From Microcoleus sp. bin48.metabat.b7b8b9.023 (GTDB lineage: Bacteria > Cyanobacteriota > Cyanobacteriia > Cyanobacteriales > Microcoleaceae), in NCBI RefSeq assembly GCF_013299185.1, contig NZ_JAAFKG010000040.1, forward strand, positions 2,867-66,866: 64,000 bases of DNA, given 5' to 3'. The notes below the pieces were generated by a model. The model was not told the origin of the DNA. It searched no databases and was given only the letters and a program-made list of their open reading frames with translations. Of this stretch, positions 38,220 through 48,030 are shown one piece after another. The position numbers were made by a program, and so were the translations under genes. Within the stretch, counting starts at the first letter, position 1. Each line of letters opens with the position of its first letter.

Positions 38220-39110
38220 CTATTCCTCAAAAAAAACATTTTTCTCCCAAAACAACCCCGCCGCAATTCCCGCCTGAGAAACCAAAAACAAAGCAGCAAT
38301 TAATAGCTTTTGAATACCCGATCCCTGGGAAAATGGATAAATTAGCAAATTCAGATAAAATGACGGATGTTGCCGTTTCCCCTTAGCCCCACTTTTCGAG
38401 ATAATTTCCCCAAACAAAAAAGCACCTCTACCGTAATTGAATTGCTGCCGCCAAAATTTCCGCAGAGTTAGTGCGTGGGAATGATAGACTGTCACTTCGG
38501 GAGCATATACCGCGCGGCCTCCCAAATTGAGCCACCGAAAGCAAAATTCCCTATCTTCTCCAGCCGCCAGCGAAAAACTCATATCAAACCCGCCGATTTT
38601 CTCGAAAGCCTCAGCGGGAAGGGCAAAATTGTTAGAAGTGAAAAATTGTGCGCGATCGCCAATAGCATTGTAATAACTGTAAAGGTAATCGATCAGTTGC
38701 TGGCTGGCAGTAGAATAGATATTATCCGGCAGCGCGTTGACAGTTCGACCTCCGATTAAACAGTCTGGTGTTTCCCGAAATCGCTTTTCTAGATTTTGCA
38801 GCCAATCTGCCGCCACAGTACAGTCATCGTCTGTAAACACTAAAAATTTACCCTCGGCTGCAAAAGCCCCAGTATTTCGCGCCGTTGCGGGGCCTGAGTT
38901 GGGTTGTGTCAGAAGTGTGAGATTTAACCCATTTTGAAAAGGGGAAATTGTAGTTTCTACAGATATTTCGGTGCTGTCGTTGACGACAATCACTTGAAAC
39001 TGATCGCGCGGATATTCTAGTTCAACAAAAGACTGAAGACACTGCGCTAATTGCTCGGGGCGATTGTAAGTCGGAACTATAATTGAAAATAGAGTTTTAG
39101 TTGGGTTCAT
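38220..39110 (-). CDS. glycosyltransferase family 2
   Basis: FSIIVPTYNRPEQLAQCLQSF, VIVVNDS and LVFTDDDC (DxD) motifs. Confidence 0.85.
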   Translation of the reverse strand: MNPTKTLFSIIVPTYNRPEQLAQCLQSFVELEYPRDQFQVIVVNDSTEISVETTISPFQNGLNLTLLTQPNSGPATARNTGAFAAEGKFLVFTDDDCTVAADWLQNLEKRFRETPDCLIGGRTVNALPDNIYSTASQQLIDYLYSYYNAIGDRAQFFTSNNFALPAEAFEKIGGFDMSFSLAAGEDREFCFRWLNLGGRAVYAPEVTVYHSHALTLRKFWRQQFNYGRGAFLFGEIISKSGAKGKRQHPSFYLNLLIYPFSQGSGIQKLLIAALFLVSQAGIAAGLFWEKNVFFEE

Positions 39111-39125
39111 GAGAGTTCAGAAACA

Positions 39126-39490
39126 TGAGGTACGTTGTTGGGCTTTAGCCCTTCTTGGTAATGAAAAATAAATAATGTTACTAATTCAGGAATACTTTAG
39201 CTAGCATCAAGGCTTCTGGAGTTTAATTGTGCAAGTTATAGGTTCTCAGAAAGATGAGGTACGTTGTTGGGCTTTAGCCCTCTAGTTTTAAGCGGTTATA
39301 CAAGCTGTCAGGCATACCTCATCTTTTTAAGAAAGGCTATATTTTTCATTCCTTAGTTTAGTGCTTATATAGGATGTCATTCATACCTCATCTTTTTCAG
39401 AAAGGCTATATGACTGTAAATAGATTTTTTGATGAGACGGCGCTTACTATATAATAAATATAAGGAGGCTCAAGCCCAACAACGTACCTG
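39126..39490. repeat. Composite of two repeat families (GGTACGTTGTTGGGCTTTAGCCC and CATACCTCATCTTTTTNAGAAAGGCTATA)
   Basis: gaggtacgttgttgggctttagccc at ~39128 and ~39262, with the inverted gctcaagcccaacaacgtacct at ~39468-39489. catacctcatctttt(t)aagaaaggctata occurs twice (39314-39344, 39374-39404), and its reverse complement at 29345-29372. Confidence 0.85.
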
Positions 39491-39498
39491 TATATATT

Positions 39499-41910
39499 TT
39501 AATATTTTAAGCGATACAGAACCGACTCAGTATTAAAATCTTTGCCGAAAACAGGTTGCAACGGGCCCTCGGGACTTGTCAGCCAAGATAAAGCTAGTTT
39601 GGTGTATTCGTCTGTATCAGTTAATGGCCCGAATCCTACCATCTTAATGTTATTTTTGTGGAGGTTGTCCATCCATTGCGGAAGTCGATCGGCTCTAAAC
39701 GGCACATACAAAACTTGTCTGTCCAAATTTCTCCCGTAAAACAGGTAGCTGCGGTAACTTAGAAAGAAGCCAATTTTATCGTTTGGTACTGTATTTTTGT
39801 CAATATATTCGTAAATTCCGCGATACAGTTCGGCGCGAGCAACGTCTCGCTTTTCCCTCGCCACCCAACTAGCACTTACCATCAATGCTATGCAGACACA
39901 AATTATCATTATGTAACTCGACTTTTTTAAGCTGGCGAGTAGATTTTTCAAGCCAATCAAGCTAGCATTGCGCTTAAATATAATCCCAGCTAGCAGCAGT
40001 AATCCAACATAAATTAATGGGTAGATTCCTAAATCCGGCCAACTGGGCGCTAATATTTTTACCACCAGATTGATGGCTTCCGCGAAATTAGATTTAAATC
40101 TGTCAATTAACCAGCTTCCCCAAACAATACTCTTGCCGGTGAAAGAAGCATTTTTAATCAGGTCAAAAATTGTGTTGCTAATAATTCCGGAAATACTGCT
40201 AATTAAAACAACTGCTACAATTACTTGCTTGCGAGTTTTGAGCAGAGTTGCGGTTGCTGCTGCTGCGATCGCCAGTAAGCTCAAAAAGGGAAAGCCGTAT
40301 CTGAGATTAAAACCGAGTAAAGGACTGAGTTGACCGATCGCCTCTCCGGCAGTCCCGGAGGTGTAAGGTGTAATGACGTAGAGAATTCCGGTGCTGGCGA
40401 GAACTACGGTTAAAATGATATTGTTTTGATTGATTCTGGTTTTACCTTGGGTCAAAGCCAGAGGTGCTGCTAAGGCCTGAAGTGCGATCGCCAGAAATGG
40501 CAGTTGCAATCTAATCAGCACTTGCAAGCCGAATATTTGCCAGTGGGAAATATTGCTGGGATTAAATTGAGCGGCTAAAGTGCTTTGCCAAATCTTCAAC
40601 AGCGGCGAAGCAGAAGGCGCAGGTATGCTAGGTGTTGGCTGCTGTACGGGAGGTTTTGGTGACGGCGTTACGCTTGGTTTTGGTGACGCTACGGGAGGTT
40701 TTGGTGACGGCGTTACGCTTGGTTTTGGCGATGCTACGGGAGGTTTTGGTGACGTTACGGGAGGTTTTGGCCCAGCTACGGGAGACGGTGGGGCAACAGG
40801 CTGTAAGGGAATGTTAATCTGGCGGGAATCACCAACAGGATAATTGATGTGCAGCAAGTTTCTCGCATACCAAAAACCTCCTAAAAACAAGCAGCAAAGT
40901 ATGCCGCACACCAAGACTGGCTTGATGTGGCGAATTCTAAAATTAGTCCCTGTAGAATTTTTATTAACGATGAATTTTTTAATTTCTAATATTGCTAATC
41001 CTCCTAAAAGTGAGGCTGCATAGACTAGGGCAGTGATTTTAATTCCGGCTATCATTCCTACAGATGCCAAAAATAGGGATAGCTCGGATTGCGATCGGCT
41101 GCTGTGATAGGATAAACCTAAATATAAAGCGACTGTAAATATCGCAGCTAGCGGTAAGTCTGGGTGAATGGTGTTAACTTGGTTGAGCATCATCGGTACT
41201 GTTAATACTAAAGATGCTGCTGCCATGCCATAAAATCTCGTTGCTCCAAATTTTATACTTAATAGATAGACGGCAATTCCTTCAAGTACCCAGGCAATTA
41301 GCATGGGAAAAGCTGTGAGAAAGTCTTCTTTGAAGGGGAGTACGCACAAAGCAGACAAGACGTGCCAATTGTAGGGATATACTCGGGCTTGCTCGTGTTC
41401 AAAAATCCAATTTCCGGCGGCATCTAAGAATGTAAATGAGTGGGTTTGATACCATCTGGCAATTACAGGTAGGTGAAACCACAATGAGTCATAATTTGTT
41501 GTGGGTTTAGTTGCTAGGGTTTCCCACAACACAAATCCTGCAAATGCGGTGGCACCAATGATTAGGAGTTCGGATGGGTTGAGAGGTTGCTTGAGTTGGG
41601 GAATCTGCCACTGCGAGAAGCTAAAAGATTTCTGGTTTTTGGCATAAATCAGAATTAAGCCGATCGCACAAATCAACATTTCTGCTAGAATGACCGCAGC
41701 CAGATTTAGGCGATCGGCACTTCCTAAAATCAAACCTATACAAATTTGTGCAATACTCCATCCCGTCAAAAGTACGAGAATAAAATGAGGAAATGAATAG
41801 TTACTGTTTTCCTTTTGATTCTCGAAGGTCAGAGACAAGCTTAGGGGAATTGGGCAGACTATAATAATCAGAAATAAAATTAATTCCCACAAATACTGCG
41901 CTATTAGCAT
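39499..41910 (-). CDS. polytopic membrane protein with internal proline-rich repeat (possible ArnT/PMT-like glycosyltransferase)
   Basis: 803 aa, more than 14 hydrophobic segments, central PKPPVASPKPSVTPS repeats, soluble C-terminal ~130 aa. The glycosyltransferase-C fold assignment is a guess from topology and neighbourhood. Confidence 0.6.
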   Translation of the reverse strand: MLIAQYLWELILFLIIIVCPIPLSLSLTFENQKENSNYSFPHFILVLLTGWSIAQICIGLILGSADRLNLAAVILAEMLICAIGLILIYAKNQKSFSFSQWQIPQLKQPLNPSELLIIGATAFAGFVLWETLATKPTTNYDSLWFHLPVIARWYQTHSFTFLDAAGNWIFEHEQARVYPYNWHVLSALCVLPFKEDFLTAFPMLIAWVLEGIAVYLLSIKFGATRFYGMAAASLVLTVPMMLNQVNTIHPDLPLAAIFTVALYLGLSYHSSRSQSELSLFLASVGMIAGIKITALVYAASLLGGLAILEIKKFIVNKNSTGTNFRIRHIKPVLVCGILCCLFLGGFWYARNLLHINYPVGDSRQINIPLQPVAPPSPVAGPKPPVTSPKPPVASPKPSVTPSPKPPVASPKPSVTPSPKPPVQQPTPSIPAPSASPLLKIWQSTLAAQFNPSNISHWQIFGLQVLIRLQLPFLAIALQALAAPLALTQGKTRINQNNIILTVVLASTGILYVITPYTSGTAGEAIGQLSPLLGFNLRYGFPFLSLLAIAAAATATLLKTRKQVIVAVVLISSISGIISNTIFDLIKNASFTGKSIVWGSWLIDRFKSNFAEAINLVVKILAPSWPDLGIYPLIYVGLLLLAGIIFKRNASLIGLKNLLASLKKSSYIMIICVCIALMVSASWVAREKRDVARAELYRGIYEYIDKNTVPNDKIGFFLSYRSYLFYGRNLDRQVLYVPFRADRLPQWMDNLHKNNIKMVGFGPLTDTDEYTKLALSWLTSPEGPLQPVFGKDFNTESVLYRLKY
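40646..40790 (-). repeat. Intragenic tandem repeat (45 bp x2 plus 21-bp sub-repeats) encoding the Pro-rich linker
   Basis: acgggaggttttggtgacggcgttacgcttggttttggtgacgct repeated, then acgggaggttttggtgacgtt / acgggaggttttggcccagct. Confidence 0.9.
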
Positions 41911-41946
41911 AAGCTACAATTTACCAATTATTATGGGAGGCTTTTG

Positions 41947-42655
41947 TTGATTGTTTGTAGTGAGGACTTTAGTCCTTCTATGGATGCGGACTAAAGTCCT
42001 CACTACGAACCTATTTGATTGTTTGTAGTGAGGACTTTAGTCCTTCTATGATGCGGACTAAAGTCCTCACTACGAACCTATTTGATTGTTTGTAGTGAGG
42101 ACTTTAGTCCTTCTATGATGCGGACTAAAGTCCTCACTACGAACCTATTTGATTGTTTGTAGTGAGGACTTTAGTCCTTCTATGATGCGGACTAAAGTCC
42201 TCACTACGAACCTATTTGATTGTTTGTACTAAGGACTTTAGTCCTTCTATGGATGCGGACTAAAGTCCTCACTACGAACCTATTTGATTGTTTGTACTAA
42301 GGACTTTAGTCCTTCTATGGATGCGGACTAAAGTCCTCACTACGAACCTATTTGATTGTTTGTACTAAGGACTTTAGTCCTTCTATGGATGCGGACTAAA
42401 GTCCTCACTACGAACCTATTTGATTGTTTGTACTAAGGACTTTAGTCCTTCTATGGATGCGGACTAAAGTCCTCACTACGAACCTATTTGATTGTTTGTA
42501 GTGAGGACTTTAGTCCTTCTATGGATGCGGACTAAAGTCCTCACTACGAACCTGTTTGATTGTTTGTAGTGAGGACTTTAGTCCTTCTATGGATGCGGAC
42601 TAAAGTCCTCACTACGAACCTGTTTGATTGTTTGTAGTGAGGACTTTAGTCCTCA
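41947..42655. repeat. 67-68-bp tandem hairpin array, 10 full units + 1 partial
   Basis: Unit ttgattgtttgtagtgaggactttagtccttctatg(g)atgcggactaaagtcctcactacgaacctat. Unit starts at 41947, 42015, 42082, 42149, 42216, 42284, 42352, 42420, 42488, 42556 and 42624. Each unit has a 19-bp inverted repeat. Confidence 0.95.
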
Positions 42656-42663
42656 TAAAAAAC

Positions 42664-44451
42664 CTATCTGCTAGCTTGCTTCTGAATTTTGGGTTTGGAG
42701 GTTTCCTTATCCTTCGGCGCAGAAGTGTCAGCTTTTAACAGTTCTGGGAATGGTGGCTGGAGGTTGTGAACTTCGATGTCCATTCCCACCGGCAGAGGTG
42801 GAAGCTGGGGCAGATCGTTTTCCAAATCCTTGAGTGCACTAGCGCTTTGTGTTTCCACAAATTTTGGCATTTGGGGTATTTTGGCGGTTTCCAAAGTGCC
42901 GATCATTTTTGCTACAGCGAATTCTAGCTGAGCACCGGGGTCGATCGCCACCCAACCCTGAGCGGTCATTTGCCGAATCTCGAAGTGGAGGTGAGGCCCT
43001 GTAGACATTCCCGTACTGCCGACGCGCCCGATCGTATCACCCTGTTTCACAAACTCTCCTGGTTTGACAAACAGTTCAGAAAGGTGTCCGTAGAGAGTCT
43101 CCTGAGACTGTTTGCTGTGGCTGAGAACCACTGTCAAACCGTAACCGCCCAACCAATCGGCGATCGCCACTTGACCCGCATAAGCGGCCAGTACGGGCGT
43201 TCCCATCGGGGCTCCCAAGTCCGTTCCGGTGTGAAACTTACCGTAGCCCATAACCGGATGAGTCCGCCACCCAAATGGTGAAGTAATTTCCGCAGCAATC
43301 GATAGCGGAAACAGCAGGCTGGTGTTGCCATTTCCAGGCCGGCCTAAGGGACGCGGGGTGAGATTGTAGTAAGCAAAACCTGTATTGCTGCCACTGCTGA
43401 CACTAATCGCGCCGACTTGCACTGGCCCTAGTCCCATGCTGGGTTCGGGTGGGCCAGCGGCGTAGGCTGCCGTGTTAATGGAGTATCCACCATCTGCTGA
43501 GTATCCGGGGTTAGCTGGGTATCCGCTGTCTGCTGAGTAGCCCGAGGGTGTGTAAGCAGATTCCGACTGGTTGCCCTGTCCCCAAAGCTGGTTGCCTATT
43601 TGTTGAGCGGCCTGACCTACTTTACTGATAGGATTTCCGCTATTATTTCCGGCGACAGTTCCCCGAACATTGCCCGGAAGGTTCGGAAGAGTCCCGGGGC
43701 TTTGTGGCAGATTTCGAGGAGGAGGGGTGGCAATATAAGGGCCGCCTGCGCTGGGAGTTTGCGGATTGTAGCTGGGCTGTTCGGCGATCGACCTTTCTGG
43801 GCTGTAGCTGGGAGGGGCTGCTTCTGCTGTCACGGGTTCGGGAACAGCAGCAGGCCCGCACAAACCGCCAACTCCTTGTCCTCCTGACACGGAACCTTCG
43901 CAGCCTGTCGATCTTTCTGCAAACTCAATCCTTGTGGGCGCTTCGTATTCGCTGGTAGCGCCAACGCTGTAGTCTGTTTGGTCGGTGGCAGCGCGGGCTT
44001 CTGGGTTAACTGGTGCTTCAAAAGGAGGTTCCTGGGCCGTCGCTTCTGGCAGGGGAATCAGCGCGGGTTCCGGTAGATAATATTGGGCCGGAGGTTGTTC
44101 GGTGATGTAATCTGGCGATGGGGCCCGAACTTCTGCCTGGGGTTCGGGATCTGGTTCTCGCTGCACTTGGGCTTCGGGTTCCGGGGGCGCCAGAGGTGCT
44201 TCAAATAGTGGCTGAAGTTCTGCTGCGCCGGGGAGGGCTTGTTCTGCTGGCGGAGTTTCAGTTTGGGCCCAAACTAGGCCTTTGCTGAGCAGCCCCAGAC
44301 TGGCAAGGCAACCTAGTCCCACCAGCATTGAGCGTTCGGACAAAAGGCGCGATCGAGTCCGGGCGCCTGTGGGGTGATTTTTTTGCTGTTTGGTGTTCAA
44401 ATGGGCTGTTATTTGCTTGTCTGGAACTGGTTTCACGATTTTTTTTCCCAA
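42664..44451 (-). CDS. M23-family metallopeptidase with long Pro/Gly-rich N-terminal region
   Basis: C-terminal LytM block FGWRTHPVMGYGKFHTGTDLGAPMGTPVLAAYAG...LYGHLSELFVKPGEFVKQGDTIGRVGSTGMSTGPHLHFEI (HxxxD ... HxH). Start uncertain (TTG 44451 in the track). Confidence 0.85.
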   Translation of the reverse strand: MGKKIVKPVPDKQITAHLNTKQQKNHPTGARTRSRLLSERSMLVGLGCLASLGLLSKGLVWAQTETPPAEQALPGAAELQPLFEAPLAPPEPEAQVQREPDPEPQAEVRAPSPDYITEQPPAQYYLPEPALIPLPEATAQEPPFEAPVNPEARAATDQTDYSVGATSEYEAPTRIEFAERSTGCEGSVSGGQGVGGLCGPAAVPEPVTAEAAPPSYSPERSIAEQPSYNPQTPSAGGPYIATPPPRNLPQSPGTLPNLPGNVRGTVAGNNSGNPISKVGQAAQQIGNQLWGQGNQSESAYTPSGYSADSGYPANPGYSADGGYSINTAAYAAGPPEPSMGLGPVQVGAISVSSGSNTGFAYYNLTPRPLGRPGNGNTSLLFPLSIAAEITSPFGWRTHPVMGYGKFHTGTDLGAPMGTPVLAAYAGQVAIADWLGGYGLTVVLSHSKQSQETLYGHLSELFVKPGEFVKQGDTIGRVGSTGMSTGPHLHFEIRQMTAQGWVAIDPGAQLEFAVAKMIGTLETAKIPQMPKFVETQSASALKDLENDLPQLPPLPVGMDIEVHNLQPPFPELLKADTSAPKDKETSKPKIQKQASR

Positions 44452-44483
44452 CTCAACAGGGGGGGCGCAAGAAGATTAGTCAA

Positions 44484-44513
44484 TTTTAGATTTTAGATTT
44501 TAGATTTTAGATT
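44484..44513. repeat. (GATTTTA)n heptamer array
   Basis: ttttagattttagattttagattttagattt. The same heptamer occurs at 27053-27079, and its complement at 23877-23918. Confidence 0.9.
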
Positions 44514-44837
44514 TACTCGCAGCTTGGAATCTGGGAGGAGGAATCTTAGTCTAAAGTTTTGGGCTGCTGGCGACTGGAGTCGGAAAGCAAGTATCTGTTT
44601 TTTGGCGGGGGCTGGATTGAATGTATGTATGGCAATCCTTATCTTTATACAGACTTAACTGATTTTACCGGGCTTAAGGCAATTTTTTTTCGCGTCGAAC
44701 AGCTCGAATGCTGCGTAGATTCGCGATCGACACCCTGGTTTTTCCGCTCCCAATCAACGGACTGCCAACTCGCCTGTAACGGCCACATTGATAATAGCGC
44801 TTTGGTGTTCGTGTCTGTTGAGAAAGCTCCTCTTCCC

Positions 44838-44900
44838 ACCATCTCCCCCTCTCCCCATCTCCCCATCTCCCCATCTCCCCCTCTCCCCATCTCCCCCTCT
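44838..44900. repeat. Octamer array (ATCTCCCC / CTCTCCCC)n
   Basis: ccatctccccctctccccatctccccatctccccatctccccctctccccatctccccctct. Confidence 0.9.
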
Positions 44901-44993
44901 CGATCGATCGCCAATTTAAACTTGGCTGGCAAAATTGTTGATTGTTTACAATACAAGCTAACTAATTGATGCGCTTGGGGAAGGATAAGTTTC

Positions 44994-45875
44994 ATGACAG
45001 TAGCTGGCGATCGCTTGACAAATTTTCCTGACTCTGAACCTACCGGACAACCTGACGGTATTAGCTGGAAGTGGCAGCAGAGTGCCGAAGGCTTGCCCTA
45101 TCTGACTTGCAGCTTGCTAGACCGATGGTCTCACGGCTTTTTTACTCGCGATTTCTCGCCGCGCGGCCCGATCGAACTCACAGAAGTTTTAGCACCAGGA
45201 TCTCCCGTTTACCGTCTCCAACAGGTACACGGCAATGTCGTACTCAAAACCGATCGATTGCCCCCTGTTGTGGCTCTAGATCCGGAAACAGCTATCCCCA
45301 CCTATGCCCAGGCCGATGGCTTGGTAGCATCGCGAGATTTTGAGGCGCTGTGGGTTTGCTCGGCTGACTGCGTACCGGCGCTAATTGCTGATAGCGGCAC
45401 GGGACTCGCGGCCGCCGTTCACGCTGGTTGGCGCGGGACTGCTGCTAAGATATTACCAGAGGCGATCGCTCAACTTGTGGCACAAGGCAGTCAATTAGAA
45501 AATCTGAGGATTGCTCTCGGGCCGGCGATCGGTGGAGAGGTTTACCAGGTATCTGTGGAAGTGGCAGCGGAATTGGGAGCCACGATTGCTCCTGGGAATG
45601 CAGTTGGTGCAACAGCCGACGGCATTCTGGAATTTTTACACCAACTACCCGAATCACCTGTGTTGACCGATCCAGAACCGGGAAAAGTACGGTTGGATGT
45701 TCGCCTCTGCAATGCTCTGCAATTGCAGCAGTTGGGAATTAATTCTTCTCAGGTGGCGATCGCTCCTTTCTGTACTTATTCTGACTCAGCTCGCTTTTTT
45801 TCCTACCGCCGCGATCGACTAAAAAAAATCCAGTGGTCGGGAATTGTCAGCACATCTAACACAAGTTCCTGCTAA
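44994..45875 (+). CDS. pgeF: peptidoglycan editing factor PgeF / YfiH (DUF152, laccase-domain) family
   Basis: Conserved QVHGNVV, CSADCVPALIAD and AAVHAGWRGT blocks. Confidence 0.82.
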   Translation: MTVAGDRLTNFPDSEPTGQPDGISWKWQQSAEGLPYLTCSLLDRWSHGFFTRDFSPRGPIELTEVLAPGSPVYRLQQVHGNVVLKTDRLPPVVALDPETAIPTYAQADGLVASRDFEALWVCSADCVPALIADSGTGLAAAVHAGWRGTAAKILPEAIAQLVAQGSQLENLRIALGPAIGGEVYQVSVEVAAELGATIAPGNAVGATADGILEFLHQLPESPVLTDPEPGKVRLDVRLCNALQLQQLGINSSQVAIAPFCTYSDSARFFSYRRDRLKKIQWSGIVSTSNTSSC

Positions 45876-46056
45876 AAGCATTCGGCACAAGGTAAAATTT
45901 AAGATTGCCGGCTTTAAAAATCACAATCTAAATAACAATCTTTGGATTGACAAATTTTTATTTCCGAATGCCGAATGCCTTCTACCTTCTAGCCTCGTTT
46001 CGTTGCAGCCCTCTCAGGTCTCAAGACGCTGAGTTTTCCGCATACCAAAAATTTTT

Positions 46057-46668
46057 ATGAGTGAGCAAACTCCCTATCAACTGCTTGAAGTCGATGAAGA
46101 TGCTTCCTTTGATGAAGTGCAAGAGGCCCGCACCCGTCTAGCCGAGCAGCACAGCGGCGACAAGAAACGTTTGGAATCGATCGAAGTTGCTTACGACGCG
46201 ATCCTCATGGATCGCCTCCGCCAGCGACAGGAAGGGAAAATAAAAGTACCAGAACGCATCCGCTTTCCCGAACGAGTGGCTCCCCCACCCGCCAGCTTTA
46301 CTCCGTCTGCTCCGTCGGGCAGCCCAGCTTGGTTGCAGCGCCTGATCGATACTCCTAGTCGAGCCGACATTTTGTGGCCCGCTGGAGTTTATGTGGGGTT
46401 GGGCGGACTGAGTATTTATCCGGCGGCTAACGATTCTTTACTACAGTTGACTCTGGCTCTTGGGGTCGGCTCTTGTCTTTATTTTCTTAATCGCAAGGAA
46501 CAAAAATTTGGTCGGGCCGTGCTGCTGACTGTGGCTGGCTTGGTTATAGGCTTGGTGCTGGGAGGTCTTTTGGGCCCTTTGCTCACTACGGCATTTATCA
46601 CAACAGAGAAATTTATCGCTTTGTTTACGTTTTTAATTCTGTGGCTGGTCAGCAGTTTTCTGCGATAG
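46057..46668 (+). CDS. CPP1-like (DUF3353) J-like-domain membrane protein
   Basis: N-terminal J-like helix PYQLLEVDEDASFDEVQEARTRL without an HPD motif, then 3-4 TM segments. Architecture matches the cyanobacterial/plant CPP1 family. Confidence 0.65.
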   Translation: MSEQTPYQLLEVDEDASFDEVQEARTRLAEQHSGDKKRLESIEVAYDAILMDRLRQRQEGKIKVPERIRFPERVAPPPASFTPSAPSGSPAWLQRLIDTPSRADILWPAGVYVGLGGLSIYPAANDSLLQLTLALGVGSCLYFLNRKEQKFGRAVLLTVAGLVIGLVLGGLLGPLLTTAFITTEKFIALFTFLILWLVSSFLR

Positions 46669-46811
46669 TCATTGGTTAGTGGTTATTTGTTATCAGTTAT
46701 TTGCGATGCCCTGAGCGTAGTCGAAGCGTCGAAGGTTTATTTGTTGGTTCGCAGTTGTTGGATGTTATTTGTTGATTGTTAATAACAACTAACAACAATA
46801 ATAATTAAGAG

Positions 46812-46878
46812 CCAATAACTAACAACCAATAACTAACAACCAATAACCAATAACCAATAACCAATAACCAATAACTAA
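46812..46878. repeat. (CAATAAC)n-type heptamer array abutting a stop codon
   Basis: ccaataactaacaaccaataactaacaaccaataaccaataaccaataaccaataaccaataacta runs into the TAG stop of the HAD gene (46875-46877). Confidence 0.9.
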
Positions 46879-47588
46879 TGACTACCTAAAATAATCTCAA
46901 CAGCTTCGCTCAAATTATTAGCAATTAAATCCGGTTGGTGCATTTCTAGTTGGGTGCGATCGCGAATGCCGCACAAAACACCAATTACCTTGACACCGTG
47001 AGTTTTTGCTGCTATAATATCCGCCTCCGTATCCCCCACCATCCAAAGCTCAGAAGCAGGCGGCAGTTCGGCGAGAGCTTTTGCCATCAGCAGGGGCTTA
47101 TCTTTGACATCCCCGGTTTTGACGTAATCGTTGGGGAGACAATAGCGACGGTTTTCTGGGAAAAAATGCCCTAAATTGCAGCGGTTGAAAGCCTCGTCTA
47201 GTTCCCTGACGCGACGCATAGTCATCACCGCCAAGTCTATTCCAGCGCGCTGCACCTTTTCCAGGGTTTCCACGGCTCCAGGGGCTGGTTTATCGTAAAT
47301 CAGGAACGGCAGCGTGTGGACAGTTTGACGCCGTTTCTGGGCAAATTCCAGGGCTTGGGCTGCGTCTAATCCTGAGAGAATGCCGATTTCGGTTTCGGGA
47401 ACCCGCGCCCGCTTCATGTCCCAAAACTCGGCTTTTGGGAGTTCGTGCACTGTTTGGCCCTCACGCTGAGTCTCGGCCAGACACTGCTGGTAAACTCCGT
47501 AATAGCGATCGGACACGTCCATAATCGGGCCGTCAAAGTCGGTGATAAGTCTCAGCATTGAGCAGAGTATTTTCAAAATTTTATACAA
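46875..47588 (-). CDS. HAD-superfamily hydrolase (phosphoglycolate-phosphatase-like)
   Basis: Motif I ITDFDGPIMDVS (DxD) and motif IV-like MVGDTEADI. The likely start is the Met of MLRLITDFDG at 47558. Confidence 0.8.
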   Translation of the reverse strand: MYKILKILCSMLRLITDFDGPIMDVSDRYYGVYQQCLAETQREGQTVHELPKAEFWDMKRARVPETEIGILSGLDAAQALEFAQKRRQTVHTLPFLIYDKPAPGAVETLEKVQRAGIDLAVMTMRRVRELDEAFNRCNLGHFFPENRRYCLPNDYVKTGDVKDKPLLMAKALAELPPASELWMVGDTEADIIAAKTHGVKVIGVLCGIRDRTQLEMHQPDLIANNLSEAVEIILGSH

Positions 47589-48030
47589 ATTGTTAGAGAT
47601 TATATCACTTTAATGTCACAGTTTATTTACAAAACTTGACACAAATACCCAGGGGAGGTAAGGTCTATAGGAATGGTGCTAATTAAAGGCAACAGTTTAA
47701 TTCAACTGTGCCAATCATTAACTGTAGCGGTTGCAACAAATATTATCAGGGAATCTAGAATTTAAAATTTGGTGCACAAATACGGCCAACCGCTACGTAT
47801 TGTTAATAAATCCAAACCTCAATCGAGGCTAATTTTGGCTGCGGTTGCTCACAAAAAAAAGTGGGTCTAAGTAATGATTTTACCTTTCTAAAATATAAAA
47901 AGCTGCTTAGAGAATCCAAAATTTATTGTGTCGATGAATTAGCCATCGGTAATAGCTCCTGGCATCCAGCAGTATCAAAATTTCCATGAGAAATAGCAGC
48001 AAAACAACAACTAATTTTATCTGCTAACCC

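Noticed and set aside
40580-40843. Plus-strand ORFs of 87 and 61 aa rich in GGFGD.
   Set aside because: They are antisense translations of the Pro-rich tandem repeat inside the 803-aa membrane-protein gene.
41947-42655. A 67-68-bp periodic array with palindromic repeats as a possible CRISPR.
   Set aside because: The inter-palindrome segments are identical in all units (no spacers). Each unit is one long hairpin. No cas genes are present.
44559-44995. ORFs of 136 aa (+), 116 aa (-) and 66 aa (-) upstream of pgeF.
   Set aside because: They are held open by the ATCTCCCC octamer array and translate to low-complexity PSPHLPISPSPP / GEMGRGGDGEMG strings. They overlap each other on opposite strands and have no domain features.
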